From the NCBI RefSeq assembly GCF_009914755.1, contig NC_060930.1: a DNA stretch of 64,000 nucleotides. One strand, given 5' to 3'. Positions 41,488 to 63,447 of the stretch are shown here, piece after piece. How positions within the stretch are numbered: the first letter of the stretch is position 1; each line of letters starts with the position of its first letter. The notes under the pieces are model-generated. The model did not search any database, was not told where the DNA came from, and saw nothing but the letters and a program-made list of their open reading frames with translations. Position numbers and translations under genes: made by a program. This stretch comes from the human T2T-CHM13v2.0 reference genome, Homo sapiens.

Positions 41488-41880
41488 TGTCTTAGTCAGC
41501 CAGGGCTGTCCTAACAAAATACCATAGACTGGGTGGCTTAAACAAAAGAAATGTATTTTCTCACAATTCTGCAGCCAGCATGGTCAGGTTCTGGTGGGAG
41601 TTTTCTTCCTGGCTTACAGATGGCCATCTTCTCTCTGTGGGCCATGGCCTTCCTTCATTGTGTGCACCTGGAGGAAGAGGGGGACAGAGGAATGGGAAGG
41701 GGAGAGGGAGATAGTGAGTGATCTTCCTCTTCTCATAAGATGATCAATTCTATCAAATTAGGAGCCCATCCTTAGGACCTCATTTAACTTTAAATACGTC
41801 CTAAAACCCCATCTCCAAATACAGTCATGATATAGGTTAGGGCTTCGACATATAAATTTTTGGAGAAGACAATTAAGTCT
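41488..41880 (-). mobile_element. MLT1A-like MaLR LTR
   Basis: 'aacaaaataccatagactgggtggcttaaac...ggttagggcttcgacatataaattt'. Confidence 0.75.
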
Positions 41881-43084
41881 TATTTGGTTCTTTTTTAAAA
41901 AGTAATTTTTATCTCTTTATTTTCTCTATTTGGTGGGACATTGTCCTCATCCTTTCTTTTTAATTCTTTAGACATAGTTTCCTTTAATTCTTTTAACATA
42001 TGATAATAGCTGACTTAAAGTCTTTGTCTAATATGTCCAGTGTTTGTGCTTCTTCAGGTACACTTTCTATTAACTGCTTTTCCGCCCATCTGTGGGCCAT
42101 ACTTTACCATTTCTTTGTGTGTCTCTTAATTTTTTGTTGAAAACCGAACATTTAAAATAACATGGCACCTGTGGAAATCAGATCACCCAGGTTTGTTTTG
42201 TTGCTGTTTTTTTTTTTTTGTTTTTTTTTTCGGTCACTTTCCTGGACTAATTCTGCAGTCTGTGTACTTTTTCATGTTTGTCTACTGAATCTCTACTTGG
42301 TAAGCTTAGTGGTTGCCTAACGACTGGACAGATTTCCATAAATTCCATGAACCAATAAATCTCCCAGCCTTTTTGAAGGTCTCTCAGTGTGTGTTGGTGT
42401 ATGGCTTCAATGCTCTGGCAGGCAGTATACAACCGTGTCTTAACCTTCACTTTATGCTTTTATTGTATAGAGCCTCAAAGTCAAAGGTGAGAGATTAGGG
42501 CCTTCTCAGATCTCTCCTGGGCATTTGTGTAGCCCTGCACATGCATGTGGCCTTCTAGCTCTCGTGGAATATTCAGGGCTTTTCTGAGCCTTCTATGGAC
42601 ATCTCATTCCCCAGGTTTTTCTTTTTAATATTTTTGTTAGCACCAATTTGTAATACTGCCTCAGGCAGCTGCACTGTGAAACAATTGCTGCTAATTATTT
42701 TCGACAATGCTCTGCAGACAGGACTGTTTGCACAGAGTGAGCCCTGAGTTAGGTAAAATAAGACAAGCTCTAAGAATAGAGCTTCTCAGAGAGTTTCCAG
42801 ACAGGTGGAATACTGACAAATTCTCTGGGGGTGGGGCTTTTGGGAAGTTAAAGCCCGTTTTTGTCCTCTCTAGTGGTGGCTACATTGCTGGTTTTCACAG
42901 CTATCATAGTTGCAAGGCTGTTGTTTTTCAAGGTGAGCATGGAGCTGCCAAAAAGGATTGGAACTACAAGTTGAAATATCACAAAGCTCTGTATTACCGA
43001 GATTAAGCCATTATTGTTGAATAAACACTCTTCAAATTTTGCAAGTCTTTGATATTTTCCAGAGTTCTGAAAAAGTTGATTTTG

Positions 43085-43990
<906 letters not shown>

Positions 43991-44025
43991 TTAACGATTT
44001 TTAAGTGTACAGTTCAATGTTATGA

Positions 44026-46754
<2,729 letters not shown>

Positions 46755-47095
46755 ATTATGTTACATGTTTTTGTATGCCTTATAGCTTTTCTGTCCCTCA
46801 TTTCTTGCATTACTGTCCTTTTTGTATTTTGGGGGAGTAAAATGTTTAAATTCCTTTCTCATTTCTTTCTGTGTATATTCTCTAGCTATTTTCTTCGTGG
46901 TTACCATTAGGATTACATTTAACATGATAATCTTGTGTTAGTACTCTAACACAGGATTGAATTTACAGCAGCTTAACTTCAATAACATACAAAAACTCTG
47001 CTTCATTACATACAACACTGTGTTCACCTCTTTTCGTTGTAGATGTCACAAAATTACATATCTTTATACATTGTGTGCCCCTAAACATAAACTAA

Positions 47096-48061
<966 letters not shown>

Positions 48062-48361
48062 CTAATATTTTAAAAATACATTAGTCTCCTAAATTATACA
48101 GAAAACAAAATACAGAGTTGCAAACCAAAGTTAAAATAATACTGGGTTTTACGCTAATAATTGTTTTTTTTAATGTAGCCATCTCTCACATCATATAAAA
48201 AATAAAAAGTGGCATTACAAACCTTAGTTGCAATAATGCTAGCTTTTATAATTGTCCATGTATTTACCTTTACTGTTATCTTTATTTTTTTCATATGGCA
48301 TCAAGTTATTTTCTGGTGTCCTTTTATTTCACCCTGTGGGACTTCCTTGAGCATTTCTTGA

Positions 48362-49068
<707 letters not shown>

Positions 49069-49960
49069 TTTTAGCAATATATTCTTGAATATATTGGCCC
49101 ACTGCTTTCTGGCCTCCAGAGTTTTTGATGAAAACTCTGCTGTTAATTTATTGGTGGTCATTTGTATGTGAAGATTGCTTCTTTCTTGCTGCTTTCAAGA
49201 TTCTCTCTTTGTCTTTCTAAAGTTGATTGTAATGTGTCTTGATATGCATATCTTTGAGTTCGTTTTATTTGGAGTTTGTTAAGCTTCTTGAATCTTTATA
49301 TTCATCAAATTTGAATCTTTATATTCATCAATTTTGGGAAGCTTTCAGTCATTATTTCTTCAAATATTCTCTCTGCCCCTCTGACACTCCCACAATGCAT
49401 ATGTTGGTCTGCTCCGTGGTGTCCCAGAGGCCCCTTAGACTCTGTTTGTTTTGTTGTCTTTTTTATTTTTGTTCCTTAGACTCAATAATTAACATTGTCC
49501 TATCTTCAGGTTCACTACTTTTTTCTTCTAGCTGCTCAAATCCAACTTTGAATACTTCTAGTGAGTATATTTTATTTTGATTATTGTACTTTTCAGCTCC
49601 AGAATTTTTTCTTGTTTCTTTTTAGGGTTTTCATCTCTTTGTTGATATTTCCAATTTGTTTATACATTGTTTTCTTCACTTTCTCCACATCTTCCTTTAG
49701 TTCTTTGAGCATCTTAAGACTTTTTTTTAAGTCTTTGTCTAGTAGATCTGCCATCACGTCTTTTTCAGGGACATTTTCTGTTGATTTATTTTTTCTTTTG
49801 AATGTGACACACTTTTCTGTTTCTTTGTATGCCTTATGAATTTTTGTTGGAAATTGGACATATGCATCTAAGATGGTAACTCCAGAAAGCCAATTCTTCA
49901 CCTTCCCCAGGACTTGCTGTTTTTTGTATTTGTTTTTATTTTTCAATTTTTATTTTTTGA

Positions 49961-50266
<306 letters not shown>

Positions 50267-51472
50267 TAATGTCCTAGTCTTTAATGTCTGGCTCCCAAAA
50301 GGAGAAAAAGCAAAAATGAAAGGAGGGAATAAAAAGGTCACCAGCCCTTTAAATCTCCAGGAGTCACTTCAACCAGAGGGCAAGAGGCTTGAAACAAATG
50401 GGGAAAGTTGCAACAAAAATGGCTTTCCCTGCTTTGTTTATACCTCTGTGATAAGAAGCGGGAATGAGAGATCAGGGCATGGATCCCCCATAATCAGAGG
50501 ACAAAGTCCTCTTTGCCTACCCTGGCTCCCACAAGCTGTTTGTAAGCTGCTGCAGGAACATGTGCACCGCTGTCTGCCATATAGCTGAGTGGTGGTGGAT
50601 GAGTAACTGCTGCTGTGCTAAGAGCTGAAATGAACTAAAATTAACCACAATTTACCATCCTTGCCTTCTTCTGGATGTTGCAGCCCTTATTAGACTCCGG
50701 AGTCCCATAATAGTTACATCAGACGGATTCCGCCAGCACAATTTTTGTCTAGGTGAGAAGCCATATTCCCGGTGCTTCCTACTCTGCCATCTTCCCAGAA
50801 TCCTCTCCACCCAATTTTGACAATTTTGCTAGTATTCTCATTATTTTTATGGAAGATTATATTTCAGAGGTCCTTACTTCACCTTTCCAAAAAGGACAAT
50901 TCCAGCATAACTTTCACAGTGTATTTAGAATTAATATTTTACCACTTTCAGTGGACTGTAGAAAGCTTCCTGCCTTATAGATCCCTTCACCCTTCCCCAT
51001 TTATGTAGTAGTTATCATATGTGTTACATTTACACACACTGGCAACTTTATCAGACAATGTTATATGTTTTGCTTTTAATCATCAGGTATATTTGTAAGA
51101 GCTTAAAAGGAGAAAAATAGCCTATTATATATCTACCTAGCTATTTACCACTTTTATTGCTTTTCCTTCATTCCTGACATTTCCAGTTTTACTCTGCTAT
51201 CATTTCTTTTCAGGCTGAATAACTTCCTTTAGGCTTTATTTTACAAAGTGTGGCTGGTGATGAATTCTCTTAGTTTTTCTTCATCTGAGAATCTCTTTAG
51301 TTTGCTTTCATTCTTGAAGGATATTTCTACTGGATATAGAATTCCACGTTGACTGTTCTTTTCTTTCTGGACTTGAAATGTTTCGTGTCACTACTTTTTT
51401 GGCCTCCATGGTTTCTGATGTAAGATCCATAGTCATTCTAATTGTTTTTCCCCTAAATGTGATACATAGTTT

Positions 51473-52320
<848 letters not shown>

Positions 52321-52899
52321 TAACATAGTTTATTTGGCTTTAGTTTCCAGCAGTTTGGTTATGATGCATTTGGAAGTGGATTTCTTTGGGCATTTACTGT
52401 TTGGGAAATTCTGAGCTTTTTGAGTCTGTAAATTCATGCCTTTTGCCATTGTTTGGAAGTGTTTAACCATTATTTCTTCAAATATTTTTTAGCGCCAAAT
52501 ATTTTTTTCTACCTCCTTTTCTTTGTAGGGACTCTGATGACATAAGTATTGGATCGTCTGGTATTGTTCCCTGGGTCCCTGAGGCTGTATTCACTTTTTT
52601 TTCCCATTTGTTTTTCACGTTTGATACTTTTCATTGATCTATCTTCAAGTTTAGTGGCTTCCTCCACCCCCATCATCATCATTCTGCTATTGAACCTATC
52701 TAGTGAAATTTTTGTTTTTGTTACTGTACTTTTTAATTCTAAAATTTCCATTCGGTTCTTTCTGCAGAGACTCACTATCTTTCTATTCATTTTTTAAGAG
52801 TCTTACTCCTGTGTTTTAGGTTATGGTTATAATGGCTATTCTTTAAATTATGGTAAAAAACACAACATAAAATTTACCATCTTAACCATTTTTAAGTGT

Positions 52900-53552
<653 letters not shown>

Positions 53553-54234
53553 GTGTACAGTTCAGCAGTGTTAACTATATTCGCATTGTTGTGCAAAATA
53601 TGTGCATTTTCGGTTGCCTTTTAGTACAAGTTGGGAGAAAACGAAGGGGAAAAAAATTGGGAAACTCACTCTTGATTTGACAGTTCTTTGACTTCTGGTT
53701 TCCTTTCTCCATATTCCTGCCATTTACTTTATACTTTACCATTTACTTTTCAGAATCCTCAGATAGTTGTTCCATGCATTCTGTCTAAGGTTTTAAATTA
53801 CATTCAGTGGGAGAAACAGAATGAAATGTGCTGTTTCCATTTTGACAGGAATTGGAAATTTCTGTTTTTCTTTTTATTCTTGGGTATTTTATATATATAT
53901 ATGTGTGTGTGTATATATATATATATAAGAGATAAGTCATTTGTCAGATATATGTATTGTGAATCTTTTCCTCTCATTCTGTGGTTTGATTATTCAATGT
54001 CTTAATGGTGTCTTTTGTTGAGTAGAAGCCTTTTATTTTGATGAACTCCATTTTATCATTATTTTTCTTTCGATTAATGCTCCCTGGGTCCCATGTAAAA
54101 AAAAATCTTTGTCTACCCTAAGTCTGCAAAAATATTTTCCTGTGTTTTCTGTTAAAAGCTTTATCATTTTAGATTTTATGCTTAGGTCTATGATGTATCT
54201 TAATTTGCATTTGGCATAAAGTAAGAATCAAAGT

Positions 54235-54537
54235 GGGCCGAGCACGTTGGCTCACGCCTGTAATCCCAGTCCTTTGGGAGGCTGAGGTGGGCGGATCACG
54301 AGGTCAGGAGATCAAGACCATCCTGGCTAACACGGTGAAACCCCATCTCTATTAAAAATACAAAAAATTAGCCGGGCGTGGTGGCGGGCGCCTGTAGTCC
54401 CAGCTACTCGGCAGGCTGAGGCAGGAGAATGGCGTGAACCTGGAGGTGGTGCTTGCAGTGAGCGGAGATTGTGCCACTGCACTCCAGCCTGGGTGACAGA
54501 GCAAGACTCCGTCTCAAAAAAAAAAAAAAAAAAAAAA
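54235..54537 (+). mobile_element. AluY
   Basis: Diagnostic positions; TSD-like aaga(a/t)tcaaagt. Confidence 0.9.
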
Positions 54538-54944
54538 GATTCAAAGTTCGTGTTTCCCTATATATTTATCTGTTTTTTCCAGCACTATTCATTGGGTATA
54601 CTCATATACATTAAAAAATAAAATTTAACTTTAACTTGACTATATTTTGAATGCATTCTCTCATTATTTAATGCTTTACATAAAAATTAAATCATTAAAT
54701 TTGCTAAATATGTTAACTTTTTCAATATAACTCATTTCCTATACCTTATTTTATACCCTTCAAATTATTATTTTGAGAATGGGTCCATAAGCTCTACAAG
54801 ATTACCAAAAGTGTTCATGTCATAATGCATGCTAAGAAGCCTCAGTGAGGTGGAAAGAAGGACACTAAACTTTAGAACATAGAGAACTAGGTAAATACCT
54901 GTTTGCTGCTTCCTAGCTCTGTAATCTTGAACATATCACTCAAC

Positions 54945-56300
<1,356 letters not shown>

Positions 56301-56698
56301 TTCCTTCTGTCCTCCCGTCCTTCGTTCAAAATCTGTTGAGATGTCCCATAGGCTGGATGTTGGGGATACAGCAGGGAACAAGAACACTGCGTTCGCTCAA
56401 CCAGTTTACCATCTACCTCTCTGAACTTGTTCTTAGTCTGTAAAATGAAGATAATGATAAGATTAAGTAAGATGAGGTCGTGTGAGGGCACCTAGCACTT
56501 ACAATTTTTGTATTGGTTTCTCTTCCTCAGAGCCAAAGGAGGAGATAGTTACTTTTGCTTTTGCAGCCTTTTCCGGGCGGCTTTTCCGCGCAGGCGCCCC
56601 TGGACCTCCCAGGTTGAGAGGTGGAGCGGGCCAAACCTCAGCTGCCTTTCCCGGGGCCGGGACCCGGCCGGGGGAGGACCGAGGCGCGGCGCTGTCCG

Positions 56699-56706
56699 TG
56701 ACGTCA
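56699..56706. promoter_or_regulatory. Full palindromic CRE (TGACGTCA)
   Basis: Exact CREB/ATF consensus ~20 bp upstream of the inferred start. Confidence 0.75.
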
Positions 56707-56724
56707 TCAGGCTGCGCTGCCCGC

Positions 56725-56879
56725 AGTATTGGACCCGAGCGCGACGGTGCGGCTGGCGGACCCGGGCTGGCTTGTGGGGAAACGAAACTGAGGGAGGAGG
56801 CGGCGGCTCTGGCAGCGGCGGCGACAGTGTCGGCCTGACCCCCCCTCCGCTCCCCGGCAGCTCGCTCTCTCCCCTCAGC
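56725..56879 (+). other. CMTR1: CMTR1 non-coding exon 1 (start approximate)
   Basis: Inr-like CGCAGT (A at 56725); donor AGC|gtgagt at 56879/56880; no ATG in the exon. Confidence 0.7.
56777..56790 (+). promoter_or_regulatory. ISRE-like element GGGAAACGAAACTG
   Basis: Matches OAS-type ISRE GGAAACGAAAC; CMTR1 is also known as ISG95. Confidence 0.65.
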
Positions 56880-58121
56880 GTGAGTGCCGACGCGCGGCCC
56901 GGGGGGAGCAAGCGGGCGGGCGCGCGGGCTCAGCATCCTTCTCCCCTCCACCGCCGCCTGGGCCCCCCGCCCGCGGTTATGGGTCTCCTCGCCTTCTGGC
57001 CCCTTATGTCTTCCCTCCTCCTCCCACCCCCAACGCCGGCTCCCTGGAGCCCGAGCTGCCGCTGACACACGTCTCTGCGCACACATTCACACGCTCATGT
57101 TATCTTCAAATGAAGGGACTGGCCGGGAGACATGGGAGCTTATCTCTTCTCTCTGTGATTAGGGGTGGCAGTGCCAAACCGAGGCCCAGGGAGAGAAGAC
57201 TGCAGAGGGGATTTGAACCCCTTCTGTGCGGAAGCAGCAGGTAGAACCAGGCCGCTTGCCTTCCGCTTAGAAGTTCCCTGCCAGAGCATTCTGCTGGCAT
57301 GTGTGGGTCACTTGAGCAGGGCACTGGTTAGCTGTGTGGCCTTCACCTCTGTGGCCGCAGTCTTTTCCCGTGGAAGATGATAGGGTTGGATGAGATGATT
57401 TGGAAGGCCCAAATCTAAGGTGATGTGGTTTGGGGAGGAGCATCCGCCTCTCCTGCCTTTCACACAGCTGTTCAACAGTCCGCTTTGAGTTTGCTGTACT
57501 TCCAGTCTCCCCCCGAGTCACTTAAGAATTAAAAGCTTTTAGCGCTTGCAATGGCTAGAAGCAAGCTCTGTGATGAGCCTTCCTTTATCTCACCCTGGGG
57601 GCCTTTTGGGGGTATTTAAGACTACGGCTTAAAGTGAAATGTGGCTTAGCTTGGTCTTGCTTTCTGTTTGCTCAGTGTCTCCGGTTCTTCCCTGGGACAG
57701 CCCCTGCCTGTATCTAGTAAGAGGCTGCTTTCTCAGGAAGGTGGCGGTTGTGCATTGGGTTGATTGGCTCTTCCTTGAGTTGGAGAGAACTGAAAGATGT
57801 GATCCAGGGTTTTACGAGGTTGGGAGCATCAGTGACACTTTTGGGTTTCAATACTTTCTTGCTGTACCTCGCCTTCCCTAAGGATTGTTTCCCAGCTTGT
57901 CGCCCACCCTGTATTGAGTCCTCTTTTCTGAGTTCTCTACAGCCAATCAGTTGTGTGTAAGCCACACTGTATTCACTACTTCTCTTGCTTGCTCTTTAAC
58001 TTGATAATTCGTTAAGATTTCAGGGTTTCATAATCACTTCATTCCATCTTATTTTTTTCTCGTGCTTATCTCTCATGTACCTAACCATGGGGATGGATGA
58101 TTGATGGTGGCATGGTGCCTG

Positions 58122-58468
<347 letters not shown>

Positions 58469-59131
58469 TAACTGAGTTCTGTGGTATAGCTACCTCCAGT
58501 CCCAATAACTTTCCCGCTCTTGTGTTTCCTCGGTCTTAAGTCATTTCACTGCTTCCATTCCCTACTCTGCTTAAAAACTTTCCCAATTCTTTCATGTTTT
58601 CAAACATTATGAAGTAAACCAAAACCAGTATTTTTATGATATTATGTAATTTCTTAATTGTTTTGGTAAAATAATGCTGATGAAACAGTCATTCTGGGAT
58701 GGTCCCTTCACCTTGGGAATATTGGTTAATATTTATTCGGTTTTATAGTTCATTTTCAGTGTACATTGTCATGCATGGCCAATATTGCATCAAAAGTGTA
58801 GAATAACTACAGGTACCAAGGCTTTATCCCCCAGTGGCTTGTGGAGTTGATCCATGACTTTCTGTTATCTGACACCAGTGGCCCAGGGCTCTCTCAGTCT
58901 GTGAGCACCACATTTTCCAGTAAAACAGCTATTATTGAAAACCAACACTTGTCTAGCATCCTTCCTAGACCTCATTCTGAGGAAGAGGCTATTCAAGTGC
59001 TGGCACTGGAAGATGTGTAGAATTGCCAAATCTCATCCCATTGATGATTTACACTTTGGAATCCCTGCTGTGATCCCAGTGGCTGTGACCCAAGGGCAGC
59101 TGACTGACTGGATTTATGGTTACAGTTAACG

Positions 59132-59264
59132 ATGAAGAGGAGAACTGACCCAGAATGCACTGCCCCCATCAAGAAACAGAAAAAAAGAGTTGCAGAGCTT
59201 GCCCTGAGCCTCAGCTCCACGTCCGATGATGAACCTCCCTCCTCTGTCAGTCATGGAGCAAAAG
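59132..59264 (+). CDS. CMTR1: CMTR1 (cap1 2'-O-ribose methyltransferase, FTSJD2/ISG95) first coding exon: [44 protein letters not shown]; exon starts at 59126
   Basis: Acceptor ttacag| at 59125, ACGATGA start, donor AAAG|gtacgt at 59264/59265. Recognised N-terminus with bipartite NLS. Too short to appear in the ORF track. Confidence 0.95.
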
Positions 59265-59915
59265 GTACGTGTGCTTGTGTGGTCTGAGGCCACTGGCCAT
59301 CTGGTTATTTGAACACACAGTGTCTAATCTAGGTGGAGCAGACTATAGTCCACTGCCCCTTGGTCCCTTGAGGAAAATTAGGAATACTCTACAGAGAGAT
59401 GTTGGCTATAGACTCTTTTCCCTTCTGCCATTCTCCTACTAAGAGTGGGGAAACTTGTTTTAAATAAAAAATGGTAATTTTTCCAGAAGTTGCTTTCTGT
59501 TGGTTGTCCTTCAGTAGGTGGCACTCTTGCTGCCTTAAACCAGTTAGAAGTAGTGGTGAGCATTGAGTGCTGTGTGCCCTTAATAGCTGTTAATTATCCT
59601 GGGGCTCTTTTGTAAGGGAGGGCCTCTTTGCTGCGGCCGTCGAGCCTAATTTTCACTTTTTTTGCATGCATACCGTTTTCTCAATTCCTTCAGCGGTTGT
59701 GGTCAGAAGTATCCAACTACTGGAGCATTGCTGCGTTCACTGTTTGCATTAAGCGTCGAAGATTTCACTAATCTGGTTGAAACTAGCATTTTGCTTTGCC
59801 TGTCTTTTAGGGTTATTCACAGTTTCCATAGATGCTTTCTGAGGAATGGTAAAATGTCTGGGAGCTTGCCTCAAATACCTCAAGGTAAATTTGCATTTAC
59901 CTTGACTTGCCAGCT

Positions 59916-60326
59916 GTATTAGTTTCTTAGGGCTACTGTAACAAATTACTACAAACTGGGTGACCCAAAACAACAGACATTTATTCTCTCACAGCTCTGG
60001 AGGCTAGTAGTCCAAAATCAAAGTGTTGGTGGGGCCATGTTCCCTCAAAGGCTCTTGGGAAGACCTTCCTTACCACTTCTAGCTTCTGCTGGCTGCTAGC
60101 ATTCCTTGGTGTTCCTTGGCTTGTGGTAGCATAACTCCAATCTCTGCCTCTACCTTTCCTCTGTGTGTGTCTGTATCCAAATTTCCCTCTTCTTATAAGG
60201 ACATCGGTCATTGGATAGGGCCCACTGTAATCTAGTATTACATTTGATGTAATCTGGAAAGACCCTATTTCCAAATTAGGTCACATTTACAGGCTTTGGG
60301 GAGGATACCATATTCAACCCAGCACA
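59916..60326 (-). mobile_element. MLT1B/C-like MaLR LTR
   Basis: 'tgtattagtttcttagggctactgtaacaaattactacaaactgggtg...attcaacccagcaca'. Confidence 0.8.
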
Positions 60327-60623
60327 CCAGCAGGCTTGCATATTGGATCCTCTGTTGGATCACTGGGAAACTGGAATGAAATTTCATAACAGATTGGTGA
60401 CTGAAAGGGTGTGAAGCACCCTTTGAAGGTAGTAGGAAATACAGTTTATTCACAAGTGATAAGCTTATTGAAGGGCAGTTACTCATCAGCTGCTACTGAG
60501 AAGCTGGTCCAGAGAGAAGCTTGACAGGTGGTACAGCGAATGGAGCATCGGTGTCGCTGTAGTCCAGGCTAGATAAGAGAGTCAGTTGCAGCTTTGTATG
60601 TGGAGGTGTTCACGCCTTTAAAG

Positions 60624-61125
<502 letters not shown>

Positions 61126-61559
61126 CTTCAAAGTCACAGTAGATTCCAGGGTAGGTAGGAATTGAAGTTCCTGAGTAAGAAGGCAAAAACTTACTGCACG
61201 CGATGGTTCTGGAGATTCTTGAGGAAAGGGAATTTTACCTCTCACCTGGAATTTGAGCAGCTTGGTGAAGATAGAATCTCCTTGGGTAGGGGTATTGGGA
61301 GAGATGGCTTGTAAGGGAAAAAGAGAGAGTATGTCTGGGGAACAAGTGATATCTGGTTCTAAGTGGATCTTGGGGGACATTTGCTCTCAAGTAACATCTC
61401 TTTGAAGTAAGGAAAGGACAAGTCCCAGGTAAAAGAAGGTAAGTGTATAAGGGTAAGGATCCTTCAAGGAAACCGTTCTGATTTAAATTTCAAGCTTTTG
61501 TGACTGAATTGAGATTACTCTTCCCCCTTCTCTGGAAGTGGTACTATATGACTCAGTCA

Positions 61560-61899
<340 letters not shown>

Positions 61900-63316
61900 A
61901 TGGAAATCCAGAGGTGTCCAGTTCCTTGTATGTGTCTGGCAAGAGGCCACTTCGTCCTTTCATTTGCAGAAAATGAGATGGGAGGCAGAGGCAAACCAAC
62001 ATTTCTAGATTTCCCTAGGTTAATTTATTTTAGGAAGGGGCAGCTCTGCATTGACACAGAAACTGAGGGCAGTATCTTTATCAGCAAGACTGCTCCCTGT
62101 GCCTTCTTTCCCACCATGCCTAGCCTGGAGCAAAAGCTCAGTAAATAGTTACTGAATAGAACTGATAAAAGGCAACAATAGTATCTTTTCCAAGAAGCTT
62201 AAAATGCGTCACAGTTTTCATTTTGCCTGTCTCCTCCAGTCTGCAGAAGATCATTTCATTAAGTACTTAGCATTTATATCACCTATGTTCTGTATCTAAT
62301 TCTCTTAGGTGTCCCCCGGACAGTATACCCTGGTGGTTTGCTGTCTACATATCCCCTGAAATGTATATGCAGCTTTCCTATTCAAATCATTCTATTAAAG
62401 CAGAGGTGTTTCCATTTACTGCAGCCACTTCTACCTGAACATAATGTTCAGGTAGATGATTGAAAAATGCTCTTTAGGGAGGACAATTAGAAAAACAAAA
62501 CAGTAGTTACTATTTCTGTCTGTGTGGACCTTATTTTTTCCTCCTCTGCTAAATCAATGTAATGACTCATTATTAGATCTATTTAGTTTAATCAGTGTGT
62601 TTATTTTACATTATTCACATGGTAGCTGCATTGCCAGGTCAAAGACTGACATCTGGCCAGAGTAAAGAAGAAAAGGGATGTTGTTGTCATGGCCACTGTT
62701 GCATCGTGATCTTTTGAGTATTTTCAAAGGAGTTTGAAGGTATTTTCAAGTGTAAATACATTCTTACAAATTTGCTGTCAAATAACTTTTTGAAGTAAGG
62801 AGAGGCAGATGAGGTCATTTTGTTCTCTTTGGTTGTTTTTCACGGGAAAACTATGGTCTAGACCCTAAGAAAATTCCTTCTCTCCTTAGCTGTGCATCTG
62901 GTGTAGGCTCCTAGCCCTGCTGCAGCCAGTTGCTTTGGAAGTTGCCAGGCTCCTTCACCAGTATCACATTAAAGGCGCCTTCCTCTCCACCAGGTTTAAT
63001 TCTTTCCTAAATAGGCTATTTGCCCTGAAACACCATCGCTTTCCTGTCAGCCCAGATTCATGACCTTAATCAAAAGCTTCCTTTATCGGTATCTGTTTAA
63101 ATTGCTCTAACAAGTTACCATTTGTCTGGCATGAAGGAGAAATTGAGTCTTTAAGTAGGAATGAGTTTATTTCACCACAGTCGTTAAGCAGGATGTGATG
63201 TTTATTAAAATTCATAATTTATTTTTCTGTATCTGTGTGCTGCCCACCTTGGCCATTAGCGGTTGGAGCTGCCCCTCTTTGTTGTCACTGTCATTTTTTA
63301 AACATAGTATATGTAT

Positions 63317-63447
63317 TCTTTTTCTTTTTTTAGTGACAGGGTTTCACTATGTTGCCCACACTGGCCATGAACTCTTGAGCTCAGGTGATCTTCCTACCTC
63401 AGCCTCCCAAGTAGCTGGGACTACAGGCACATGCCACTGTGCCCAGC
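63317..63447 (-). mobile_element. Alu monomer (FLAM-like)
   Basis: Reverse single monomer. Confidence 0.75.

Larger units (their letters stand above)
56570..57095. promoter_or_regulatory. CMTR1: CpG island / CMTR1 promoter
   Basis: The only densely CpG/GC-rich non-Alu segment in the window; lies 2.2 kb upstream of the CMTR1 ATG exon. Confidence 0.92.

Noticed and set aside
49593-49946. 117-aa coiled-coil ORF on the minus strand
   Set aside because: Remnant of L1 ORF1 inside a decayed L1
56482-57162. Long overlapping ORFs (up to 195 aa) on both strands
   Set aside because: Stop-codon depletion in a GC-rich CpG island; low-complexity A/G/P/R peptides with no recognisable domain
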